Positions 9,422-18,259 of a DNA stretch of 47,627 bases are shown here, in pieces. The position numbers were made by a program, and so were the translations under genes. Source of the DNA: Chloroflexota bacterium (GTDB lineage Bacteria > Chloroflexota > Limnocylindria > Limnocylindrales > CSP1-4); NCBI GenBank assembly GCA_039933295.1, contig JBDTOJ010000034.1, positions 1 to 47,627 on the forward strand, written 5' to 3'. Position 1 is the first letter of the stretch. Each line of letters starts with the position of its first letter. A model generated the notes under the pieces. That model searched no databases. It had not been told where the DNA came from and saw nothing but the letters and a program-made list of their open reading frames with translations.

Positions 9422-10260
9422 CCTTCCTCACCGAGCCCCTGGGCTACGAATTCTTCGTGCGGGCGCTCGCGGCATCGGCGATGGTCGGCCTCGTCTGCGC
9501 CGTCGTCGGCACGTACATGGTCCTGCGCGGCCTCGCGTTCATGGGCGACGCCCTCAGCCATGCGGCATTCCCGGGTGTCGTGGCCGCCTACCTGATCGGT
9601 GCCCCGTTCTACATCGGGGCAACCATCGCCGCCGTGGGCACGTCCCTGGCGATCGGCTGGATCACCCGACGCGGACGGCTCCGAGGCGATACGACGATCG
9701 GCGTCCTGTTCGCCGGCATGTTCGCGTTCGGCGTGTTCCTGTTCAGCACGATTCCGAACTACGTCGGGGACCTGTTCGGCTTCCTGTTCGGCGAGGTGCT
9801 GGGTATCAGTTCGGCTGATCTCGTCGCGCTCACGATCCTCGGCCTCGTCGTCCTGGCCGTCGTCGCCGTCCTCTGGAAGGAATTTCTCTACTCGACGTTC
9901 GATCCGCTCGGCGCCGGGGCGTCGGGATTGCCGGTAGCACTGCTGGAGTATCTGTTCCTTGGCCTCATCGCCATGACGATCGTGATCAGCCTCCAGTCGG
10001 TGGGCATCATTCTGGTCGTTGCGATGCTCGTGACCCCCGCCGCCACCGCCCAGTTGCTCACGAACCGGTTCTCCCGACTCATCCTCGTCGCGGCTGGAAT
10101 CGGCGTCCTCGCGCCCCTCATCGGGCTCTATGTCAGCTACTGGACGAACACCGCGAGCGCGGCACTCATCGTGCTGGTCGAGACGGCGACATTCCTGGGG
10201 GCCCTCCTGCTGGGCCCACGAACCGGGCTTCTTCGTCGCCGTCAGCCGCTCCACGGATAG
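9418..10260 (+). CDS. Zn/Mn ABC transporter permease (ABC-3)
   Basis: GDALSHAAFPG, LFGFLFG, STFDP motifs. Confidence 0.93.
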   Translation: MTFLTEPLGYEFFVRALAASAMVGLVCAVVGTYMVLRGLAFMGDALSHAAFPGVVAAYLIGAPFYIGATIAAVGTSLAIGWITRRGRLRGDTTIGVLFAGMFAFGVFLFSTIPNYVGDLFGFLFGEVLGISSADLVALTILGLVVLAVVAVLWKEFLYSTFDPLGAGASGLPVALLEYLFLGLIAMTIVISLQSVGIILVVAMLVTPAATAQLLTNRFSRLILVAAGIGVLAPLIGLYVSYWTNTASAALIVLVETATFLGALLLGPRTGLLRRRQPLHG

Positions 10261-10297
10261 GCCTCCCCGCGTCGCTCCGCGTACGATCGCCATTCCC

Positions 10298-11626
10298 ATG
10301 TCTCTCAGCGTCCCTCTGACCCGCTCACGCGTTCTCGCGCTCGCCTGGCCGATCGTGATCGCGCAGGCGGCAACTGCGACCACGGGCATCGTCGATACGG
10401 CCGTGATGGGCCGGTTCGGGTCGGCGGTTGACCTCGCGGCGGTCAGCATCGCTGCCGTCTCGTTCAGCTTCATCTACTGGAGCTTCGGGTTCCTGCGGAT
10501 GTCGACGACCGGTCTGACGGCCCAGGCCCAGGGAGCCGGCGACGCGCTGGAACGTCGCGCCGTCCTGCTCCGGGCGGCGTCCATCGGCCTTGGGCTCGGG
10601 ATCGGCCTCCTGGTCCTGTTTCCAGTACTGCGCACTGTTGCGCTCGCAGCGTTCCAGGCCGCTCCGGACGTCGAAGCGCGGTCGGTGGGCTACTTCGACG
10701 CGCGAATCTGGGGGGCGCCAGCCGCCCTGATCGGTTTCGCGATCAACGGCTGGCTGATCGGCACGGGTCGAACGCGAGCCCTGCTGGTCCTGCAGGTCGT
10801 TCTCAATACGGTCAACGCCGTGCTGGATGCGTGGTTCGTCTCCGGGCTGCACCTGGGTCCTGCCGGGATCGGGACGGGCACGGCGATTGCCGAATGGGTG
10901 GCGCTGGCCCTGGGCCTGTGGATGGTTCGCGACGAACTGCGACCCGTCACGAACCTTTTTGCCCGTGACCGCATGACGGCCCTGGTCGCAGCCAACCGGG
11001 ACATCATGGTTCGGACCCTTGCCCTCCTCTTCTCGTTCGCCTGGTTCGTCAACTCCGGGGCTCGCGCCGGGACAGCCGAGCTTGCCGGCAACGAGGTCCT
11101 GCTCCAGTTCATCACCGTCGCGGCGTTCGTCCTCGATGCCTTCGCGTTCGTGGCCGAGAAGGAGGTCGGCGAGGCCTTTGGGGCTCGCGATCCCCTCCGG
11201 CTCCGGCGCGCCGTCCGCCTGACAACGGAGTTCGCGCTCGGGTTCGGGCTCGCCTTCTCCGCGCTCTACCTTGTCGGCGGGGTCTGGGTCATCGAGGCGG
11301 TGGTTGCGGACCCGGCGGCGCGATCGGCGGCCCTGATGTTCCTGCCGTTTTGTGCCGTCGTCCCGCTGTTCGGGATGCCTGCCTGGCAGCTCGACGGCAT
11401 CTTCCTCGGCACCACGCGCGGTCGCGCGCTGCGGATCGCGGGCGTCGTGGCGGCTGGCTTTTACGTCATCGCGGACCTGATCCTCGCACCGCGTTTCGGC
11501 AACACCGGGGTCTGGGTGGCGTTCCTCCTGATGTACGTGTTCCGGGCGGCGTGCCTCGGTGCGTTCTGGCCAGGCCTCCTGCGGGACGCAACAGGTCCGT
11601 TGGCGAAGCCCGCGCCCTCCGCCTGA
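10298..11626 (+). CDS. MATE family efflux transporter (DinF-like)
   Basis: DTAVMG, FLRMSTTGLTAQ, QLDGIFLG motifs; about 12 TM; start ATG 10298. Confidence 0.92.
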   Translation: MSLSVPLTRSRVLALAWPIVIAQAATATTGIVDTAVMGRFGSAVDLAAVSIAAVSFSFIYWSFGFLRMSTTGLTAQAQGAGDALERRAVLLRAASIGLGLGIGLLVLFPVLRTVALAAFQAAPDVEARSVGYFDARIWGAPAALIGFAINGWLIGTGRTRALLVLQVVLNTVNAVLDAWFVSGLHLGPAGIGTGTAIAEWVALALGLWMVRDELRPVTNLFARDRMTALVAANRDIMVRTLALLFSFAWFVNSGARAGTAELAGNEVLLQFITVAAFVLDAFAFVAEKEVGEAFGARDPLRLRRAVRLTTEFALGFGLAFSALYLVGGVWVIEAVVADPAARSAALMFLPFCAVVPLFGMPAWQLDGIFLGTTRGRALRIAGVVAAGFYVIADLILAPRFGNTGVWVAFLLMYVFRAACLGAFWPGLLRDATGPLAKPAPSA

Positions 11627-11682
11627 GGCCAACGCCCGCCACCGGGGACGATCAGCGAGGGTCAGGGGGAAACCTTTCTCAC

Positions 11683-11698
11683 TGTGATGTGCCTCATA
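11683..11698. promoter_or_regulatory. CRP/FNR-family binding site candidate
   Basis: TGTGA-tgtgcc-TCATA, 9/10 match to TGTGA-N6-TCACA, upstream of the NuoF-like gene. Confidence 0.5.
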
Positions 11699-11715
11699 GG
11701 TATGGGACCTTGGCC

Positions 11716-13035
11716 ATGCGCCGATCCCGCAGTCGTTTGGCGGGTGCTGCGCTGCCCGCTTCTCGCAAGGAAGACCTGGAGCACGACCTGGCTGATTTGG
11801 AATTCCCGGAGCGACTTCTCGCTGGCCCCTCGCTGCGGGCTGGAAGTGAATCGTTCGACGCGCATCTCGACCGGCTCGGGGCGCTGCCCGACCGCATCGA
11901 CCCGTCCGCCCTCGTGAGCGAACTCGAAGCCAGTGGGCTGCTCGGACGTGGTGGCGCCGGGTTCCCTGTGGGCAGGAAGTGGCGGGCGATCGCGGAGCGA
12001 CGCGGAGGTCCAGCGGTCGTCGTCGTCAACGGCGCCGAGGGCGAGCCTGCTAGCGCAAAGGACCGGGTCCTGATGACGGCCCGCCCGCACCTCGTGATCG
12101 ACGGCGCGATCCTTGCGGCAGACGCGATCGGCGCGGATGAGATCCACGTCTACATCGGCCGGGAGCACGAGGCCGCCGTTGCGTCCATGGCCGCCGCGAT
12201 CGAACAACGAAGGCTCGGCCAATCCCGCCCGATCCGCCTCTCACGGGCCCCGATCGGCTATGTCGCGGGCGAGGCATCCGCTGCCGTGAACTTCATCAAT
12301 ACGGGCAATGCTCGCCCGACGACATCACCGCCGCGCATCTCCCAGAAGGGTGTCCACGGCTACCCGACGCTCGTCCAGAACGTCGAGAGCCTCGCCTACG
12401 CGGCGCTCATCGCCCGATTCGGCGCTCCCTGGTACCGATCGATGGGCCGGCTCGGCTCGCCGGGTACGGCTTTGATCACGGTGACCGGTGCCGCGATGCA
12501 GCAGGGCGTCCAGGAGATCGAACTCGGGACGACCGTCGGGGAAATTGCTGGCGCCCTGGGGGCGACGATGTCGCGAGTCCAGGCCGTGGTCATGGGCGGC
12601 TACTTCGGAACCTGGGCCACCACTGCCGAGGCCTGGGACACGCCCCTCGACCCGAGCGCGATGAAGGCGCAGGGCCTCGCGTTCGGTTGCGGGATCGTCG
12701 GGTTGCTCCCGGCCGGCGTGTGCGGCGTCGCCGCGACCGCCGAAATCATGACGTTCATGGCGGCGGAGAGCGCTGGCCAGTGCGGGCCATGCGTCCACGG
12801 CCTTCGAGCGCTCGGGTCGACGACCAGTCGCATCGCTGACGGGTCCGCGAGCGCTCGCGACCTTGATGACCTGGAACGATGGACCACGCAGATCCCCGGT
12901 CGCGGCGCCTGCCGTCATCCGGACGGCGCCGTCCAACTCATGACGAGCGCTCTCAACACGTTCGGCGACGAGTTTGCGTATCACGCCCGCGCCGGGCGAT
13001 GTGCCGTCACCGGCGCCAGGGTCGAGGCTGCCTAG
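11716..13035 (+). CDS. stand-alone NuoF-like FMN/Fe-S NADH oxidoreductase
   Basis: GRGGAGFP, NGAEGEPAS.KD, YVAGEASA, ESAGQCGPC...GRGAC; start codon uncertain (ATG 11716 or a later one). Confidence 0.88.
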   Translation: MRRSRSRLAGAALPASRKEDLEHDLADLEFPERLLAGPSLRAGSESFDAHLDRLGALPDRIDPSALVSELEASGLLGRGGAGFPVGRKWRAIAERRGGPAVVVVNGAEGEPASAKDRVLMTARPHLVIDGAILAADAIGADEIHVYIGREHEAAVASMAAAIEQRRLGQSRPIRLSRAPIGYVAGEASAAVNFINTGNARPTTSPPRISQKGVHGYPTLVQNVESLAYAALIARFGAPWYRSMGRLGSPGTALITVTGAAMQQGVQEIELGTTVGEIAGALGATMSRVQAVVMGGYFGTWATTAEAWDTPLDPSAMKAQGLAFGCGIVGLLPAGVCGVAATAEIMTFMAAESAGQCGPCVHGLRALGSTTSRIADGSASARDLDDLERWTTQIPGRGACRHPDGAVQLMTSALNTFGDEFAYHARAGRCAVTGARVEAA

Positions 13036-13263
13036 ATGGAATCACGGCTGCGCGTCGATTGGATCAAGTGCGACGGCTACGGCCTCTGCGGCGATTTCCT
13101 CCCGGAGCTCATCGAACTGGATGAGTGGCGGTACCCGATGATCCAGCCAGGGTCTGTCGACCGCTCCCACCTCCATGCCGCGCAGCGAGCCGTCGACTGC
13201 TGCCCAATGAAGGCGCTCCTTCTCGAGCCGGTCATCGAGGAACCGGGCCGTCGCGCCAGCTAA
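13036..13263 (+). CDS. ferredoxin (single-cluster 3Fe-4S/4Fe-4S type)
   Basis: CDGYGLC...CCP motif; ATG immediately follows the NuoF-like stop. Confidence 0.9.
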   Translation: MESRLRVDWIKCDGYGLCGDFLPELIELDEWRYPMIQPGSVDRSHLHAAQRAVDCCPMKALLLEPVIEEPGRRAS

Positions 13264-13305
13264 CCCAACGCATCCCGTCAGATCGTCACCACGGATTGGA
13301 GCCAC

Positions 13306-13500
13306 ATGACCATCATCCAGACCAGTGGAGCTGTCATCGGGTTCGTTCTGTGTCTGCCGTTCGTCGTGATCTGGGTTGTCCTGGCCATGATCCGGGGTAA
13401 GTTTGGGCGGCAGGACGAGGCCGACGTTCCGGTTGCGGCACGACAAGGCCGACTAGCCGTTGCGGCTCCCTCGCGCCAGCGTGAGGCCACGGTTGCCTGA
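13306..13500 (+). CDS. small single-TM membrane protein, paralog A
   Basis: SD GGAG; hydrophobic stretch VIGFVLCLPFVVIWVVLAMI; 28/40 N-terminal aa identical to 14623-14847. Confidence 0.7.
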   Translation: MTIIQTSGAVIGFVLCLPFVVIWVVLAMIRGKFGRQDEADVPVAARQGRLAVAAPSRQREATVA

Positions 13501-13822
13501 ACGGGTGGCTTACCACCTGATCCCCGTCGCGGAGCATGGTGAGCATGCGGACGATGCCCCCGTGCGCCCGCACTCGCTGGCGGTCGAAGGGTTCGTCCAC
13601 CTGACCCATCGCATGGACGACCTGGTCGACGTGGCCAATGCGTTCTATCGAGATGAGCCTGGCCCGCACGTCGTCCTAACGATCGATCTTGACCGCCTCA
13701 GCTCGCAGTGGCGCTACGACGGCGACGAGCGGTTCCCGCACGTGTATGGGCCGCTCGACCGCGAAGCGATCATCGCGGTCGAGGCAATGCGTCGCGCACC
13801 GGACGGCGCGTTTCTCCCCTGA
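13493..13822 (+). CDS. DUF952 domain protein
   Basis: YHL...SLAVEGFVHLT...ANAFY...FPHVYGPL; start TTG 13493 or GTG 13505. Confidence 0.88.
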   Translation: MPERVAYHLIPVAEHGEHADDAPVRPHSLAVEGFVHLTHRMDDLVDVANAFYRDEPGPHVVLTIDLDRLSSQWRYDGDERFPHVYGPLDREAIIAVEAMRRAPDGAFLP

Positions 13823-13867
13823 CGCTGAAGCACTGTTGATCGGTGGACCTCGCGGGGTCCATGTGGA

Positions 13868-14032
13868 TCAGGCCTTGTCGTCCTCGGCCATCGAGCGGCT
13901 GATCTTGCTCGCGGTCTTGCGCGACGCCTCGTACCAGTCGTTGCTGACCTTCTCGGCGACGCCGCGACCGCCCATGCCGAAGGCGAGCCCGAATGCGAGC
14001 GCGAACGCCGCGACGATGCCGATCACGAGGAC
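13868..14032 (-). pseudogene. 3' remnant of a CmpX/TM-helix-repeat (MscS-related) membrane protein gene
   Basis: 54 codons VLVIGIVAAFALAFGLAFGMGGRGVAEKVSNDWY...A*, with an in-frame TAG just upstream; not in the ORF track. Confidence 0.65.
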
Positions 14033-14048
14033 CTATGAAGAGCGCCAG

Positions 14049-14447
14049 CTATGCGAAGAAGGCGTTGATCGCGGCCGTGTCGTCGGAGAACGCCCACCGC
14101 TCAATCGCCTTGCCGTCACGGATGTGGAAGATCTCCGCGGTCCTGTAGGAGAACGTCTTCCCGTCGCGGGTCGCGGTCGCGGTTCCGAGGACGACCGCGT
14201 GATCGTCGTTCGCGATGACGTCGTGGAGGTCGTACTTGATCGACGTCCCGCGGTTGCCGTCCATCATCGCGGCCCGCAGCTCGTCCTTGCCGCGGCGCGG
14301 CTCGGCTCGACCGATCTCGTGCCACACGATGTCATCGGCCATGAACGCGTCGACGAGCGCCATCTCATCCTGCGCCTTCGACATGTCCGTCTCGTTCATC
14401 GCCTGCATCGCGCGACGGACCAGGGTGACATTTGGGTGCTCGGACAT
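14049..14447 (-). CDS. nuclear transport factor 2 / SnoaL-like protein
   Basis: MADDIVWH...LHDVIANDDHAVV...IFHIRDGKAIERW; SD GGAG. Confidence 0.88.
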   Translation of the reverse strand: MSEHPNVTLVRRAMQAMNETDMSKAQDEMALVDAFMADDIVWHEIGRAEPRRGKDELRAAMMDGNRGTSIKYDLHDVIANDDHAVVLGTATATRDGKTFSYRTAEIFHIRDGKAIERWAFSDDTAAINAFFA

Positions 14448-14622
14448 CGGTCGGTCTCCAACTCGGCGCCCGAGGCTCGAGCCGCGGGCTGGCCGCCCAT
14501 CGTATCGCGCCGAGCAATGCCCTCGGACCCCGCCCGGGCGCGATAAGTAGAAGGTCCTATGTCCAATCGGCGTGTCAGAAGCCGACTATCCGCGGTCCTG
14601 ACTACAGATTGATTGGGGCCAC

Positions 14623-14847
14623 ATGAACATCATCCAGAACATCGTCGCTGTCATCGGGTTCATTCTCTGTCTCCCGTTCGTCATTGCGTGGGTCGTCCTG
14701 GCCATGATCCGGGGCAAGAATCGACCGGATGAGGAGGCAGACGGACTCCTGGACCGGGGAGAGCGGGAGTCGTGGCTTGGTCGCCTCGCCCGTCGAGGAC
14801 GGGTATTCGGTGAGCGGGCCTCCCTGCTGGGCCGCAGCCACCGGTAG
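14623..14847 (+). CDS. small single-TM membrane protein, paralog B
   Basis: Same leader (GATTGGGGCCAC-ATG) and TM segment as 13306-13500. Confidence 0.7.
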   Translation: MNIIQNIVAVIGFILCLPFVIAWVVLAMIRGKNRPDEEADGLLDRGERESWLGRLARRGRVFGERASLLGRSHR

Positions 14848-14957
14848 GACCGGCGGCGTCTTCGCCGGCCATCAAGGAGGCGCGTGGTAGGGTCGGGGAG
14901 ACCCCCTGCCGCGCTCAACGCCAGGTTGTGGCCGGGTCTTACCCGGAGGATGCCTTG

Positions 14958-16193
14958 ATGCCCAGGGCCACGAGTGTGCTCGACACGATGGTGATCGGGG
15001 GCGGCCAGGCGGGCCTGTCCATCAGCCACGAGCTCGCTGCTCGCGACATCGAACACGTCGTGCTTGAACGGGGCCGAATCGGGCAGTCCTGGCGGGACCG
15101 GTGGGAGAGTTTCTGCCTCGTGACGCCCAACTGGTCGGTGCAGCTGCCCGGCGGGGCTTACGACGGACCCGATCCGGACGGCTACATGCCACGGGATGAG
15201 ATCGTCGACTTCCTCGAGCGCTACGCATCCAGCTCGGAACTCCCGGTCCGGGAAGGCGTGGACGTCCGCTCAATCGACCAGGCTCCGGGAGGTGGATTCA
15301 CAGCCCAGACCTCGATCGGCGAGATCCATGCGCGCCGGGTCGTGATCGCCACCGGAGCGTATCAGCGCGCGCATCGACCGGGCGGGGCCGAAACGTTGCC
15401 TGCGGATCTGCTGACGATGGATCTTCCCGGCTATCACAAGCCCGCCGACCTGCCCCAGGGAAGCGTTCTCGTGGTGGGCAGTGGACAGTCCGGATGTCAG
15501 CTGGCGGAGGAGTTGCTCGAGTCAGGCCGAGATGTCGTCCTGGCCTGCGGCAAGGCCCCGTGGGGTCCGCGCCAGATCGATGGCCGCGACGTCTACTGGT
15601 GGGCCGTGGAGTCCGGGTTTCTTGATGGCACCATCGCGTCGCTGCCGTCGCCCAACGCCCGGCTGGGTGCCAACATCCTGGCGACCGGCCACGGGCGGCC
15701 GCACGATCTTGATCTGCGGACGCTCCGCGCCCTCGGTGTGACCCTCGTCGGCCATTTCCTGGATGCGGATGGTGACGTTGCGCGATTTGCCCCCGATCTC
15801 GCCGAAACGGTCGCATGGGGCGATGCGCGGTACGGCGAACTGGCGCAGGGCTTCCAACGCGCCGCTCCGGGTCTCGGTTTGCCTGTTCCAGCAATGCCGG
15901 ACCCGGCGCCGTTCGACGGTCGATCCCCGGAGACGGTCTCACTGACTGGGTTCGGGGCCGTCATCTTCGCCGGCGGCTTCCGACCCGACTACACGTCCTG
16001 GCTACCGTGGCCGGCCGCCTTCGACAGCCTCGGTTTCCCAATCCAGTCCAACGGCGCGAGTACCGTCGTCGACGGCCTCTTCTTCGTTGGCGTTCCGTTC
16101 CTGCGGACCCGCAAGTCGCCGTTGCTCCTGGGCGTCGGAGAGGACGCGGCCATCGTCGCTGCCACGCTGGCACAGGGACGGGCTTCCGCGTAA
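14958..16193 (+). CDS. flavin-containing monooxygenase-like oxidoreductase (CzcO/MSMEG_0569-like)
   Basis: GGGQAG, RWESFCLVTPNW, IATG, VGSGQSG; SD GGAGG. Confidence 0.88.
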   Translation: MPRATSVLDTMVIGGGQAGLSISHELAARDIEHVVLERGRIGQSWRDRWESFCLVTPNWSVQLPGGAYDGPDPDGYMPRDEIVDFLERYASSSELPVREGVDVRSIDQAPGGGFTAQTSIGEIHARRVVIATGAYQRAHRPGGAETLPADLLTMDLPGYHKPADLPQGSVLVVGSGQSGCQLAEELLESGRDVVLACGKAPWGPRQIDGRDVYWWAVESGFLDGTIASLPSPNARLGANILATGHGRPHDLDLRTLRALGVTLVGHFLDADGDVARFAPDLAETVAWGDARYGELAQGFQRAAPGLGLPVPAMPDPAPFDGRSPETVSLTGFGAVIFAGGFRPDYTSWLPWPAAFDSLGFPIQSNGASTVVDGLFFVGVPFLRTRKSPLLLGVGEDAAIVAATLAQGRASA

Positions 16194-16217
16194 TTCGTGG
16201 TTCGTCCAGCCACGAAT
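16193..16217. terminator. hairpin between convergent genes
   Basis: ATTCGTGG...CCACGAAT inverted repeat spanning the gap between the two stop codons. Confidence 0.6.
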
Positions 16218-17260
16218 CAGGGTGCCGGCAGGATCACGGTCATACCGGCAACCGTCGGCGGTCCGCTCATGGCCATGAGTGCCTCCGGTGTGGCTTCGAG
16301 CGAGATCGTCCGCCCGACGAGCCGGTCCGGGCGAAGCCGCCCATCCGCAACGCGAGCCAGCATCTCCCGATAGTCGTGGGGGGCCATCCCGTGACTGCCG
16401 ATGAGCTCGAGCTCGCGCGAAAGCACCCGATTCATCGGGATCGGCGGACGAGCGTCCGCCCCGACCATCAGTCCAGCTTGGACGTGCCGGCCGCGCCGCC
16501 GCAGTGAGGCAATGGAGTTGAGGCAAGTCTCCGTACTGCCCAGCGCATCGAGCGAAAGATGCACGCCGCCGTCGGTCGCGACGTCGATGGCGGTCGTCAC
16601 GTCCGGATCACGAGCGTCAATCAGGACTTCCGCTCCGAGCGCCCCGGCGGCCGCGAGCGCGATCGGTGAGACATCGATGGCCACAACCCGAGCGCCGGCC
16701 GCAATCGCGATCATCACGGATGACAGGCCCACGCCGCCGCAGCCGTGGACGGCCACCCACTCACCTTCTCGCGCGCGACCCTGGGCCATGACTGCCCGAT
16801 AGGCCGTCGCGAATCGGCAGCCAAGCGCCGCCGCCGTCACCGAATCAAGCTCCTCGGGCAGCGCGATCAGGTTGACATCGGCTCTGGTTATCGCCACGAA
16901 CTCCGCGAACGATCCCCATCGGTTGAACCCGGGCTGATCCTGCGAATCGCAGACCGTTTCGGCCCCGGCCAGGCAGGATGGGCATGCGCCGCAGGCGCCG
17001 ATGAACGGGAAAGTGACGCGCGCGCCGGGGCGCCACCCGGTCACGCTCGGCCCGACGGCCGCGATGATGCCGGCGAACTCGTGGCCCGGCACATGTGGCA
17101 GCTGGATGTCCGGATCGTGGCCCACCCAGCCGTGCCAATCGGATCGGCAGAGGCCCGTCGCCTCGACCCGAATGAGCGCGCCATCAGGCGGGACGGACGG
17201 GACCGCCACGTCGCGAATCTCGATCTCCCCGCCGAACTCCGAGTACTGGACAGCTCGCAT
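16217..17260 (-). CDS. zinc-dependent alcohol dehydrogenase (MDR family)
   Basis: GLCRSDWH, GHEFAG, CGACPSC...C, GCGGVG; start ATG 17260. Confidence 0.93.
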   Translation of the reverse strand: MRAVQYSEFGGEIEIRDVAVPSVPPDGALIRVEATGLCRSDWHGWVGHDPDIQLPHVPGHEFAGIIAAVGPSVTGWRPGARVTFPFIGACGACPSCLAGAETVCDSQDQPGFNRWGSFAEFVAITRADVNLIALPEELDSVTAAALGCRFATAYRAVMAQGRAREGEWVAVHGCGGVGLSSVMIAIAAGARVVAIDVSPIALAAAGALGAEVLIDARDPDVTTAIDVATDGGVHLSLDALGSTETCLNSIASLRRRGRHVQAGLMVGADARPPIPMNRVLSRELELIGSHGMAPHDYREMLARVADGRLRPDRLVGRTISLEATPEALMAMSGPPTVAGMTVILPAP

Positions 17261-17390
17261 GGGTCGATCGTACGCGGTCCCCTGCCCGCGAGGCGGGAAG
17301 TGTTCGTCACCTGAACTCGACCCTGGTCGATAGATCTGCCGGGGGAGATCATCGCGAGTCGATTCTGAACTCTGGTTCGCGATCGCGGCT

Positions 17391-18176
17391 ATGTACTTGA
17401 CGATGGATGGACAACGGTCGCTCGCCCTTTCGATCGCCCTGTTCGTCGGGTTTGGAGCCGTCCTGGGCGGCTGCGCCGCAACGAGCGGTTCGTCTTCGCC
17501 GTCGTCCTCGCCCTCGACATTCGGGGCAGGGCCCGGCATTCAGATCGACCCGACGTGGCAGAACGACGGCGTTACCTGGACATTTTCCGGTCGCGTCGAT
17601 CCTCAGGGGGCCGCCACTGACGTCGTGCTCGAGATTGGACCAGGCCCGTCGACGTTGCGCGAATTTCCGAGTCGGATCAACGTTGCCGCTGGCCTTGTCG
17701 AGCCGGGTCCAGTCTCCATCGCAACCCGAGATATTCCCGACATCCCCGACATCTGTGTCCGGTTCAACGCTACGAACAGTTTCGGGACGTCAGCGAGCAT
17801 CCCGCTCTGTTTCTCCCACGATCGCCCGAGCGTCGTTCCTGACCAGGATGCGCCGACGGCCACGTTCGAAGCGCCCGTCTTTGGCGTATTGACGGTTCTG
17901 ACCGGCGCGACCTATGCCGTCTCGTGGACTGAAGCGGACGCCGGGTCCGGCGTCGGTAGCCGGACACTCCAGCAGCTTATCGCCCCATATTCCGCCGGAA
18001 CCTGCGGGGCGTACACCAATGATGGGCCGGCCTCGGTGGACGCGAGTCCGTTCCTGGCCGCTGGCCTCGTCGATGGCAGGTGCTACCAGTGGGACCTGAC
18101 CCTCCGAGATCGCGCCGGCAATACGAGCGTCATTACATCGGGTGCTGTCCGCATCGACCTCGGCGCGTCCGGCTGA
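17391..18176 (+). CDS. hypothetical lipoprotein with Ig/FN3-like beta-sandwich domains
   Basis: Lipobox VLGGC, Ser-rich linker, VSWT...GL.DGRCYQWDLTLRDRAGN; start may be ATG 17403. Confidence 0.75.
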   Translation: MYLTMDGQRSLALSIALFVGFGAVLGGCAATSGSSSPSSSPSTFGAGPGIQIDPTWQNDGVTWTFSGRVDPQGAATDVVLEIGPGPSTLREFPSRINVAAGLVEPGPVSIATRDIPDIPDICVRFNATNSFGTSASIPLCFSHDRPSVVPDQDAPTATFEAPVFGVLTVLTGATYAVSWTEADAGSGVGSRTLQQLIAPYSAGTCGAYTNDGPASVDASPFLAAGLVDGRCYQWDLTLRDRAGNTSVITSGAVRIDLGASG

Positions 18177-18259
18177 CAACGCCCGCCGCCCAGGTCTGGT
18201 CCGTACAGGGCCATCCGATTGACGCCCGCAGAGTCCGATGGCAACCGGCCTGATGCCTC

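Noticed and set aside
11716-13035. Respiratory complex I nuoF
   Set aside because: No other nuo genes nearby and one cluster Cys is missing; treated as a stand-alone homologue
11627-18195. Integron attC-like starts after stop codons (GGCCAACGCCCGCC near 11627, GCTAACCCAACGC near 13259, ACAACGCCCGCC near 18176)
   Set aside because: No matching GTTRRRY end or long imperfect palindrome, mixed gene orientations and no intI; the shared CAACGCCCGCC may be chance
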